Source of the DNA: Felis catus | Lineage: Eukaryota | Assembly (NCBI RefSeq): GCF_018350175.1 | Contig: NC_058368.1 | Span: 171,804,001-171,868,000, forward strand | Length of the DNA: 64,000 bases | Reading direction: 5' to 3' | Shown: one piece after another, positions 25,916-37,200 of the stretch | Position numbering within the stretch: position 1 is the stretch's first letter | Layout of the letters: each line of letters begins with the position of its first letter | Notes under the pieces: model-generated | Databases searched by the model: none | Seen by the model: the letters and a program-made list of their open reading frames with translations, nothing else | Told to the model about the DNA's origin: nothing | Program-made: the position numbers and the translations under genes

Positions 25916-26123
25916 TTTTTTTTTTTTTTTTAATTTTTGAGACAGAGAGAGACAGAGCATGAACGGGGGAGGGTCACAGAGAGAGGGAGACACAGAATCT
26001 GAAACAGGCTCCAGGCTCTGAGCTGTCAGCACAGAGCCCAACGCAGGTTCAAACCCACAGACCGTGAGATCATGACCTGAGCCGAAGTCGGATGCTTAAC
26101 CGACCAAGCCACCCAGGTGCCCC
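25916..26123 (-). mobile_element. Can-SINE in L1
   Basis: TSD AATGACATCTT. Confidence 0.95.
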
Positions 26124-27419
26124 AATGACATCTTAACAATATTACATCTTCCCATCCATCACCACTGGGTTTCCTTCCATTGATTTGTGTCTTCTTTAAT
26201 TATTTCATCAAGGTTTTCTAGTTTTCAGTGTTTAAGTCAACCAAATTCTTTTTTTAAAGAAATTATTTTGCAAACAATACAATAACAACAGTTTTAGAAA
26301 TTTAAAAGTAGAAGTTATTCATTTCAAATCTCACTTCCCAATAGATCATTTGGCCTAACTTTTCCCATGTATTCTTCTAGTCTTATCTGCATGTATATAT
26401 CATTTCAACATAATCATAAATCATCACATGAATCCAATTTTGAACCTTGTTTTCTATAATTATTATATTCTACTTATTTTCCATGCAGTCATATAGTGAC
26501 TTCAACAGCTGAGGGTGCTGTACCAACAGTGGATTCTATCCAGAGGATGAAGTATAGTCAGTGGCCTGAGGCTTAGAATAGGAGTAGAAATGGAAATCCT
26601 CTTTTTTTTTTAACTTCCACTAAGTAGTGGAAATAAATACTTACTAAGCACAACAAAAACAAGAGTTTTAAAGATTGCTCCAGAGAAGCTGTTTTGGTGG
26701 TTAAATGAGAATAGTCACAATTCAAGAAAAGGTATTGGCTGACTTTACTAGTGCCTCCTCTGAATATTTTCTAATCCTAGTTCTAACATGTAGCATTTAA
26801 CATTTGGAATCCATCTTGAAAGACAAGAGACCCAAAGCATCAAGAGCATTTATTTGCTACACTTATAATGGCAGATGATTGAAATATTCATATCCATCTG
26901 TAACTTTTAGTTACTCAGTTTTCAATAGCTGCTTAGGAATTCTATGAAACTGCATATAAGTTTTGAATATGAATGCAAATAAGTTTTTTTATATGAAAAG
27001 CAATTTTAGTGATATTTGGTTTTATCACCTTTCTTGGAATGAAAAACTAAGTTGATGGTGATGAGCGTTGAATTGTGAGGTATGAATTTGTAAAGACAGG
27101 TTTTGGAAGGCTTGCCATGCCAAAGTTTATAATCAGAGTATGAACTTGCCCCTTCAGTGAAAGCCATCTGTCTCCTAGAATTCTCTCTCCTCAAGTAGTT
27201 AGAAGAAGCCTGTACACACTTGACTCTACCAATGAAAACCCACAGCTTCACCTCTTCTTTTACAAGTGTATGCCATTTCTTGGATGAATTTGAGGACTGC
27301 TGAAATGTAAGCATGCGTCTTAGAGTCTTCCTTTCTCTAGCTGCCTGCTACTCCCTCTTTTTTTTCTTAATTTCTGGTCAGACTTACAAAAGATATTATG
27401 AACAAAAATCCTCATAGGT

Positions 27420-27472
27420 CTCCTTCTCCTCCTTCTTCTCCTTCTCCTTCTCCTTCTCCTTCCTCTTCTTCA
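27420..27472. repeat. Pyrimidine-rich (TCCTTC)n-like repeat
   Basis: tccttctcctccttcttctccttctccttctccttctccttcc. Confidence 0.85.
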
Positions 27473-28333
27473 ATTCTTATGGCAATTTTAAAGCTTCTTA
27501 TATAAATATCCTATTAAGTCACATTTTTCTACTGTGACCACTTTCTCTAGGTTCAAGAATTGGAACATTGGTAAAACACTTATAATGTTCCTTTTAATTA
27601 ACTTCTAATGTTTGCTTTCCCACTCAGTTTAAAATTAAATATTTTTTATACGGGAATATATTTTTGCAGTCCTGGATTAAAACTTAACTCCCAGAGACCA
27701 GCCCTGAAAAATCTGAGACCTTACTTAAGAGGTTAAAATAATAAATACCCAATGAACAGCTACTGGAGAACTGGTTAGTTTAACTTTTTAGGCTGGGTGC
27801 CCAAGGTGGGCTGCTTCCATCTGTAGGGCACACACACCTTATTGTAGAGTGCAGAATGCACACATTTTAGCTAGTCACTTTCAACATATGCCAGGGAAGT
27901 AGATAGCTCCATTAGGCAATGTCAGAGAAGATAAATGTATCCAAATTACTTGCCAAAAATGCTTAGTGAGCATCAGAGAGATGGGTTCTGCTTTCCAAAT
28001 TATTAAGCAGACTATTCAGAAGTACTGAAACATTCATTTTTCATTGCAGATTGTTGACTGGGAGCCGGAGACAGCTGTCTTCCTCTGATGCCCCATGGTA
28101 ATGCCCACAGGAACTTTCTCCCTTCAGCATTCAACACGCTAAAAGGTGTGAAAGGATATGCATCATTTAGCAGCACCGACATCTAGGATTTGACTGGAGA
28201 ATTTTAGGCACAGAAGCCTATGGATCCTGGAAGGTCAGTTGTCTACCTCTCGATGAATTTGTTTCAGTAATATCAACTTGTCTGGTTTTCTCTGCACACA
28301 CAAAAAAAGCTGAAATAAATTACCACATTCTCA

Positions 28334-28558
28334 GGGTCCCTCAGTAGCTCAGATGGTTAAGTGTCCAATTTCAGCTCAGGTCATGATCTCATGGTCCATG
28401 AGTTCGAGCCCCAGGTTGGGCTCTGTGTTGACAGCTTAAAGTCTGGACCCTGCTTCAGATCCTGTGTCTCCCCCTCTCTCTCTGCCCCTTCCCTGCTCAC
28501 ACTCTGTCTCTCTCTCTCTGTCTCTCAAAAATGAATAAGTGTTCAAATTTTTTTTTTT
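28334..28558 (+). mobile_element. Can-SINE
   Basis: Diverged head, typical body and CT tract. Confidence 0.9.
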
Positions 28559-28559
28559 A

Positions 28560-28668
28560 TTCAGATTTCAGATTCTCATCCCAGGTAGGGCCTGGGAACA
28601 TGCATTTTCGCAAACAACGAAATTTTGATGCAGGTGATCCCATCACCTCTCATCTGAGGCACACTGCC
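28560..28668. mobile_element. MER5A-like fragment
   Basis: gggcctgggaacatgcatttt...ttttgatgcaggtgatcc...tgaggcacactg. Confidence 0.55.
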
Positions 28669-29739
28669 TGAGGAGCAAGCAGAGCACCCCCTCGAAGTGC
28701 CCCTCAGAGGACCTGAGCTCTCTTCTCCCCCTTGGGGAAGGATGAAATGAGCATCTACACTCCTTCAGGATTTTAGGCAGAACTACTCATAAAAAAGAAT
28801 TAAGAGCAGTTAGTAGCATTATTTTGACATATGTCAACTTAGTCATCTTCTTTTCTCATTCTGGTATTTCTTCAATTTTTCTCCAAGAAGAAATGAATTG
28901 TTGGCTCCAGCTCTAGATCTCAGTTATTATTTTACTATTTTTCACTAAAGAGCAGAAAGCTATCCACCGTGGCCGCTATGTTTAGGCAACAGTTCAATTA
29001 TCATATGATTATTCCTTTATTAGTAACTAGTAGTGAGGGACTAGAACTCTAGCTAGCTAACTTTTCCCTTCTGACCACTAGACACTTTGAAGAGAAAGCA
29101 TATAATAGGAAATAATAGGAGGTATAGGGGCATTCTCTGTTTGAAACCACATCTTAAGAAACTTGGATAAAATAGGTGAAGTTCCTCTTCAATGCTTTTC
29201 TTATTGACTTGGAACTCCCCACCTTCTCATCCATTTCTTCTTGAGAAGACCTAAGTGTTTCTCTGTTTGCTACCACCCGGGTGCCCCTCAAAAGGGGCCT
29301 CTAGCTAAAATTTTCTCCTCCTTCCTGTATATCACAATGTGTTCTCCTATAAAGCTTTAACTATTCATGTATCAATATCAATGCAGAAATCAATTTTTAT
29401 TGTTACCAAACAGAATCTAGCTGCACATCAAAGGAATAACACACTCAGGCCAAGTGAGCTTCATTCTAGAGATGCAAAAGTAAATCAATTTTAGGAACTC
29501 TATTAACTTAATTCATTTTAATATATCTGAGAAGAGTCACCTAAGATCATTTCCACTGATGCTAAAAATGCTCTTGAAAAAAATGTACATCTGTTCTTCA
29601 GAAAAACTCTCAGTCCTCAACATGATTGAGTAGATCTGTCTTAGCCCCAGAGCCGTCATCATACCTAATGGGGGGCTACTAGAAACATTTTCACCAAAGT
29701 CAGATAAACAAAGGATATTTATTTACTCTTAACTCTCAT

Positions 29740-29985
29740 AAGTCACTATAGGAAAATAACTTTCATGGATTTTGGTATTGAACCACCAAAGTTCAAATGC
29801 CACCTAGGACCTATGAGACTGTGGGAAATTTACTTACTATTTCTGTGCTGAATTTCCCTTTCTGTAAATGTAGACAATGATGAGACTTACTTCTTAAGGC
29901 TGCTTGCTAAGAGGTGTAAATAGATTGACAAGTATAAAGTACTTATACACTACAAGGCATATAAATACTCAATAACTTTTTACTA
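29740..29985 (+). mobile_element. MIR inserted in ancient L1
   Basis: gactgtgggaaatttacttactatttctgtgctgaatttccctttctgtaaatg core. Confidence 0.72.
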
Positions 29986-30244
29986 TCATCATTATTATTT
30001 AACATTATTTTTTGAGGTACTAGACAAGTAGACAAACCAAACAGATAGGAGAAGGGAATTTAGAGGTATTAAAAGGAAAGATCAAATTATCTACATTTTC
30101 AGTTACTGTAATTATAAAACTGGGAAATCTAAGAGAATCTCCTGAAAAACTACCAAAAACCAATAAGAAAGTTCTATAAATAGTAGAGTATAAAATTCAC
30201 ATTCAGAAATCAATAGACACCATGTATATGAAGAAAAATTAAAT

Positions 30245-30421
30245 TTTAAACTTTATTCATTTTTTTTGAAAGAGAGAGCAAGCAGGGGAGGGGCAGAAGG
30301 AAAGGGAGAGAGAGAATCTTAAGCAGGCTCCACACCCAGTGTAGATCCCAACAACTGTAAGATCTGACCTGAGCCAAAATCAAGAGTCAGATGCTTAACC
30401 AACTGAGCCTCCCAGGTGTCC
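30245..30421 (-). mobile_element. Can-SINE
   Basis: Reverse body ending cccaggtgtcc. Confidence 0.9.
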
Positions 30422-30746
30422 TGAAACTTTAATTTTAAAAAAGGCATAGCATGTTCCTAAAGAAGAAGACTCAGCATCATAAAGATGTTAATCCCCCCTC
30501 AGTTAATTTATAAGTCTGTCACTATCACTAATAAAATGCAAGGAATATTTTTAACTAGATAAGCTGATTCTAAATTTCATATGCAAAAACAATCATTCAG
30601 GAAGTTCCAGGGAAATTCTGGAAAAGAAGAGAGTAAGTGGCCATTTGTTCCAGCAGATATTAAACATTAGAAAGTCTGTCTTTCAAAAGTATATACTAGC
30701 ACACACATAGATTAACTGAATAGAATATAAACCTAGAAATGAGCCT

Positions 30747-30789
<43 letters not shown>

Positions 30790-30790
30790 C
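30747..30790. repeat. (AC)n microsatellite
   Basis: About 22 units with one AA interruption. Confidence 0.95.
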
Positions 30791-30911
30791 AAGAATTTAA
30801 GGTACAAAAAAGTTGTCATTAGTATCAGCTGGGAAAGGTGGAACTATTAAATTTTTTTAGACGGTGATGTGGTAATAATATAGCCATCTATGAGAAAATA
30901 GAAATAGATCC

Positions 30912-31370
30912 TGTCAAGAATTGTGACAAGCCTGAGATCGTACCCAACAAGTTAGCCTGCTAGGGTTTCAGAGATGCTCTCAGAAGACAGAGACTCCTGG
31001 GTCAAAGACAAAAGAAGCATGAGCTCCATAATGGCATCAGTTCCCCTTGCTCCTTAAGTACCCTGAGAGTGGTGCAGAGATTGGCCCGGGGGATGCCCCA
31101 CACAGTAGGTTGTGTCACAGGGTGAGGAACTTTGAGTTTAGGAAACTTTCCATCTCATAAGGGGACTGCTAGCAAACCTATCTAACCTAGAGGGAAACAT
31201 CTTTATTATCCTGACAGCAAAGAAATCTGCCCTTTGACCTGGAGAGAAATATTATTTCTATCTCCCAAGGCTGATCACTACATAAGCATCCCTGCAAAGA
31301 GAGTTCAGAACGAAAGTTGTTGTAAGATGCACAGATATTTGAGAGTTCCATGGACAACTGACTCGCAACA
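30912..31370 (-). mobile_element. ERVL solo LTR (LTR40-like)
   Basis: TG...CA ends; perfect 5-bp TSD GATCC (30907-30911 / 31371-31375); reverse strand begins tgttgcgagtcagttgtccatgg. Family from memory. Confidence 0.85.
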
Positions 31371-31442
31371 GATCCACACCTTTCCTCATCTACCAAGATA
31401 AATCCAAAATGGTTCAAAAACTTAAACGTTTACAAAAAAAGG

Positions 31443-31548
31443 AGGGTGCCTGGCTGGCTCAGTTGGCAGAGCATGGGAATCTTGATCTTAGGGTTGTGAG
31501 TTTGAGCCCCATGTTGGGTGTAGAAATTACTTAAAAATAAAGTCTTTT
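31443..31548 (+). mobile_element. Short-type Can-SINE
   Basis: gggtgcctggctggctcagttgg...gtgtagaaattacttaaaaataaagtcttt. Confidence 0.9.
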
Positions 31549-32465
31549 AAAAAAGGAAACAATAAAAGAACCATAGAAAGAAAGAATACTCAAAATGGCA
31601 GAGACCTTACTAAACTATGATGCAAAAATATTATAACATAATTTTAAGGGCATGCTAAAATCACCAAAACAAAGTCAAGAAACAAACTGGGGAGGAGAAT
31701 TTACAAGTCATATCAGAAACACTGAGCTAATTAACCTAATACAACTGTTATAAATAAAATGCTAAGTGAAAAACCAAAGCCCAACAGAAAAACAGACAAA
31801 AAAGAAAAACCATTCACCAGAAAAGAAAATACAGATGTTTCTTAAACATATGAAAAGATTTTCAATTTTACTCAAGAACAGCCTACTAAAATTACAATAA
31901 CATAATATTCTTCACCTTTTCAATTGGCGCAACATAAAAATATCCTAATACACTATATTGGTGGCATGGAGAAAGAATTAGGACAATCTCTATGAAGAGA
32001 AATTCGACAATACTACCAAAATTAGAAATGTGTATGTTCCTTGCAAGTCCATTTCTAGGAATTTACAGATACACCAGTACACATGCAAGTGTATACAAAT
32101 GAGATTCACTGCAATATTGTTGGTAATGGAAAACTATTGGAAGTAACAAATTTCCACCAAAAAGGGATTTGTTAAATAAATTATGGCACATCCATATATA
32201 TAATGCAATACTCTGCAACTATAAAAGAGAATTAGGAAACTCTATGTGCAGATATGGAAAAGATTTCTAGGATATAAAGTTTTTCAAGTCGATACAGAAG
32301 AGTGTATGCTATATGTTGCAATTCCTCTTTTTAAAAAAGGGGAGGACAAATTTACATTTGATTATATAAAATGCATCAATAAAGATACATGAGAAATTAA
32401 TAATAGTGACTGCCTTCAGAAAGGGGAACTGAGTGGCTGGGAAAGGATGTCTTTCCACTGTATAT

Positions 32466-33060
32466 CTTAATCAGTCAGGATTCAGTTACAACTAAAAGAA
32501 ACCCCCTGGCTAGTTTTAACAGAAGTGCCTTTAAGACAAAAATTTAGATTCTTACAAAACTCACTGGAAATGCTGGAAGAGCAGACTTTAGAATAGCCCC
32601 CCCACCCCTCGCCAAAAAAAAAAAAATGCTCCTAGAGAAACACCAAATGCTCAAGGAAACTGCTGACTCTTCCACTCTCAGGAAACCGGGGTGAGGGCAG
32701 TGAGGGAGAGAAATTTATGGACTTGACTTCTGGTTCCAGGTTCATCCAGCTTAGTTTCATTCCACAGATCAGAAGGCAGAGTCAGAGCCACTACAGCTGA
32801 CTAGAGGAGAACTTGGGCTTAGCTGCAACTTAGCTGATACCACTCTCATCAGCTAAATGGATGACTGACATGCCATTTCTTGCCCCAAATAATTTATTTC
32901 CAAATTCAAATTTTATAAAAGTCGGTCTGATTGGTAAATCTAACTCGTATATGAAACTGTAGTTTCAAGGATCTATTTAAATACAGTTTTCACTTTTCAG
33001 CCTGTACCTTATAGAAAGTTGGCGTACAGGCTGAACAAGCCCATCTATTGGATTTACTAC
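32466..33060 (-). mobile_element. Possible very old MaLR LTR (late MLT1 group)
   Basis: cagtcaggattcagttacaactaaaagaaccccctggctagttttaacagaa resembles an MLT1 end; heavily diverged. Confidence 0.45.
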
Positions 33061-33104
33061 AATATTACTTTTTAAATTTTGAAGCACAAAAATGCATTAA
33101 CTAT

Positions 33105-33284
33105 TTTTTATTCTTATTTTTTTTTTGAGAGAGAGAGAGAGAGCAGGAAAGAGAAAGAGAATCTCAAACAGGCTCCACGCTCAGCATGGAGCCCAAGGCA
33201 GGGCTCGATCCCACGACCCTGGGATCATGACCTGCACTGAAACCAAGAGTCGGATGTTCAACTGACTGAGTTACCCAGGTGTCC
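33105..33284 (-). mobile_element. Can-SINE
   Basis: Reverse body. Confidence 0.92.
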
Positions 33285-33344
33285 TTGTGTTAGCTGTTCT
33301 TAAAAATTAAAGTAAAAAATTAAAATCTTACTGAGTCTGGCTTA

Positions 33345-34203
33345 TAACAGCTTATTCATAATCACAAAAATAAAAGTAACCAAGGGTCCCTGTATTAGTT
33401 TGTTCAGGCTGCTATAACAAAATACCACAGACTTGGTGGCTTAAACAACAGAAATTTATTTTTTCATAGTTGTGTTATCTAGAAAGTCTAAGATCAAGGT
33501 ACCAATCAATTCAGTTTCTGGTGAGGGCTCTGTTCTTGGTTTGCAGACAGCCTCATGTCTATGTGATCACATGCTTTTCCTCAATGCGTGTGCTCAGAGA
33601 GAGAGAGAGCTCTGGTGTCTGTCTCTTCCTCTTCTTGTAAAGGCACAGCCCTATCAGATTAGGGCCCCACCCTTATGATCTCACGTAACCTTAATTATCT
33701 CCTAAAGGCTCTGTCTCTAAATACTGTTTCATTGGGGGTTAGAGTTTCAACATATGACTTTTGGAAGGACACAATTCAGTCTGTAGCAGTCCTTTAACTA
33801 GGGAATAAAGAAAGAAAATCTATTACATCCATACAATGAGATACTACTCAGAAATAAAAAGGGACAAATTATTGAAGTATAAAATACCATGGATGAATCT
33901 CGAATGCATTATGCTAAGCAACTAAAACCAGATTTAAAAGGCTATATTACTGTATGAGCCTATTTATATGATGTTCTGGAAAAAAAGCAAACATACAGAA
34001 ACAGAAAACGGATCAATAACTGTTAAGGAACAGAGAAAGGTTTGACACAAAGGGATGTGAAGGAATTTTTTGGTGTGATGGAATTATTTTATATTCTGAT
34101 TATAGTGATGGTTACATGACTATTTGTATTTGTCAATACTTACAGAACTTTACACTAAAAGAGATAACATTTAAATTATACTTAAATTTTAAGATTAAAA
34201 AAA
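33345..34203 (+). mobile_element. Old L1 3' end (L1MD/L1ME-like) interrupted by MLT1
   Basis: cagcttattcataatcacaaaa...catggatgaatctcgaatgcattatgctaag...gtgatggttacatgact. Confidence 0.75.
33391..33788 (-). mobile_element. MaLR solo LTR (MLT1B-like)
   Basis: TG...CA ends; TSD GTCCC/GTCCT; ggctgctataacaaaataccacagact. Confidence 0.9.
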
Positions 34204-37200
34204 ATCCTATTCCGTGTCCTCTACCCTATCAACTAGTCATCATATTGTAAGGTAATAATGTCTAATAATGATATAAAATAGCTCTTCCCTACCAAGTATT
34301 TCTTTTATTGCTTTTTGAATTTAACAGAACTTCCAGGAGAAGATAAGATACTGACTTAGCTAAAGACTGAATCTTAATGAAAGTTTAGAGAAAGATTATT
34401 TTTTCATTAGAATGCCCTTTGTGATTAAACTCCATTAACAGAAAGTCACTTACTTCGTGTCCAGGCCCACAAACTAATAATAATAAAGTAGGAATCTGTG
34501 TAAACAGTCCTGAGCTCTCTTCCTGAGAGCCAGTTTAAAAAAAAAAAAAAAAAAAAGGCATCAGAGGGATTGAGAGAACATGAATCCAACCTGCTGTGTC
34601 CTATAGCCACACCTACTCAGAAGAGGAGAGCTAGGTTTCCATTTCTCAGCTGATGTCCTCCCCCTCCCTTCTCTCCATTTTCCCACCATCTGCCTGGTGT
34701 CAACACAGCAACCAAATATCATTTGTACCATGTTTTATCATCAATAAAAGAAAAATAAACTGGTGAGCAAAGCCTTTGTTATAACAACATAAGAACATTT
34801 TTTTAAACCTCACCAAGCAAGGAAACAACAGATGAAAACCACAATCTCTAATGGCACTTCCCTTAGAGAAAACAAGTAGCACAGCACTGATAGCCTATCA
34901 GCATGAGGACGCAGAAAATGTGCAGGCAGATTTCCGGCATGTTATTCCCTAGACAGTTTCTCCATTTATTTGCTATGCAGTGAAATTTATTTAAAACATT
35001 TTGAGGGTATCATCAGACTAAAAATCATCAGACCAGAAAGGTCAACCTATTCAAATGAAAACAAAAACTGCATTGCTCCCAAATAACATCATCCATCCTG
35101 CTCCTCTCCACTTAGCGTCCTCTCATCCATTCCCTGATGGTCAGATTTGCACACTGTGGGAAGATAGGTTGCGTCTGTTATCCAACCTCTTCCCAAGCAG
35201 GAGAACTAGTTTGGAAGGTAGATGAGGGTGGGAGTAGGGCTGTGCAAATGTAGACCCCTATTCTTCCCCTTGGGAACTGAGCCTCTAACCCTTACTGTGA
35301 GTCCAAGAGCTGTACGTACTTGGGTCTGGCCGGAGTTGCAAGGAAGCAGGGCGACTGCCAGGAATACCTCTACAAGATGACTGGGATTCGCACTTGGCTG
35401 CCATGCTCATTGCTGCATTTCTGCACTGCCTTGCTCAGGCCTGGGCTGCCCAGTGAGACCCACAGAAGTATTCACTCCTTCCCACTGCTCTCAGCTGGTC
35501 ACTCATCCCTATTTTTAGGATTCCTTAGCAACTGAACAACCTGTTATTCCATAGCTAATATTTTGCATTCCTGAGTCCATTACTACACTTAGCACCCCCT
35601 CCTCCCTTCCCCCAAATGTATGCCATATTGTGCCTGCGGGTTCTATCCTCAGATGTATCCCCTATCATCCCTGTGAGTTCTCCAGGGACAGGAAAAGCAT
35701 ATTCATCAGCATCTGCTCTGTGCTGCACAGCTCCTGGATTCAAGACATTCTTCCTACTCTGAACCCCTTCTAATGAAGTTGAACCCTATTCCCATCTTCC
35801 TATTTACACCAGAGATGAGGAACAGCTAATCAACATTCTCTTTATCATAAGGTTTCATTTTACTTTATTAGAAACAAGAAATACATGGCATATTTAAAAA
35901 ATCAATTAGCTGCTTTTGAAAAAGCCATAGGGCAAGAGAGCTGCACCTGTCCCACTATGGCTCCAGTATGGGAGGAGAATTTATTTTGTAAGTCCCCGGG
36001 CCTAAGAAACTCTGCCATTTTTATTGTAAATCATAGAAGCGTTTGTGCTACTGTTGTAGATGTTATCATATAACTGAGTGGGGGAGATCTCTGCTTTTTT
36101 CAACTCAGGATCATTTTTAATCATTCAGTCTTGGCAGCTCCGGTTCTCAGCAACCCCTCTCTGTTACTAACAGCTTGTTCCTATTCTTAGCATGGTGGGA
36201 ATGTTGGCCTATGTGATGTATTTTGGGAAAATCAGCTAGAGTCATTGAATGTACAAATGATGAAGCTCATTTTATAGATATTTAAATTAAGATAATGCTA
36301 ACCTTAAACTGCTCAATCTTCCACAATAAAAACCATTTCTAAGTGTATCCTATTTATTATGAACATTTTTTTTTCTGGTGAAAAGAGATTCTATTTTTCT
36401 TTTACCATGAGAACTTAACAATAAACAGTTTTACAGTGACCTCTCAACAAAGACCAACGTACTTTCAAATTGGAAAGTGTGGGTTCTAGACTCACTGGTA
36501 CAGACTCTGCTTCTGCTCTCCTGTGGCAGCTGGTATGCTCCACTGAAGAATTGTCCTTGGTGGAGCCTGAAGCAGGACATTCTTTTGTGCAGGCCCTTCA
36601 TTGTCTTGCCAACTATGTCAGGCTTTGTCACTCTAGTACTTAATAGAAGGGCAAGATGTGAATGTGAGTAATTTGCATTAGCATGGACTCCATAGGCCCA
36701 GAGTTTGACTCTTTTGCTACAGATTAGAATATACCTTGTTTGACATTAGCTTTAAGCCAAATAAACCAAGATAGAAAACTTGAAGAAAAAAAAAAAAGAT
36801 GCTATGAGATTCTGAGTAAGTTGGAGGCATTGGAGGCACTGATTGGCTCAAAGACCTGCCCTTTTATCCGGGATATCACATGCCTCCTGTCAACCCAGGG
36901 GAGTAAGTCACTATTATGACTCTTACCCTTGAGGTTGAGATATGTGCACATTTCACACTTCTATAATTTTACCATCAGAAGCTGTCTTTTGGACAGCTTG
37001 GACATTGTCTTTTGCTCTTAGTAAACATTATGGTTAAATGTATTCTATCAGCTTCATCTATATTAATATACTTTTCCAAAAGAATTATCTTAACTCTCAT
37101 CTATACCTACCAATGATGCAAATAATTTTTATTGTTACCTAAGATAAGCCAAAAAGACCACTTTTGCTTCAGCCAGCTGTATGTTTGAGCAAAAGGACAA

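Larger units (their letters stand above)
23954..26238 (-). mobile_element. 5'-truncated L1 (L1MB-like): 3' UTR and end of ORF2, interrupted by three SINEs
   Basis: Track peptides are decayed ORF2 (...SDFKTYYKTTVIKTVWH; ...HCWWEYQMVQLLWK); L1MB-type 3' UTR at 24110-24520. Confidence 0.92.
29385..32465 (+). mobile_element. Ancient L1 (L1ME-like) ORF2-to-3' UTR remnant, interrupted by MIR, LTR, two SINEs and (AC)n
   Basis: Collinear, highly decayed L1 blocks (ccaagtgagcttcattctagagatgcaa; ttatttaacattattttttgaggtactag; aaacatatgaaaagattttcaattttactca; aaataaattatggcacatccata). Confidence 0.78.

Noticed and set aside
27006..27314. 102-aa ATG ORF as a possible retrocopy
   Set aside because: No recognisable homology, poly(A) tail or TSD.
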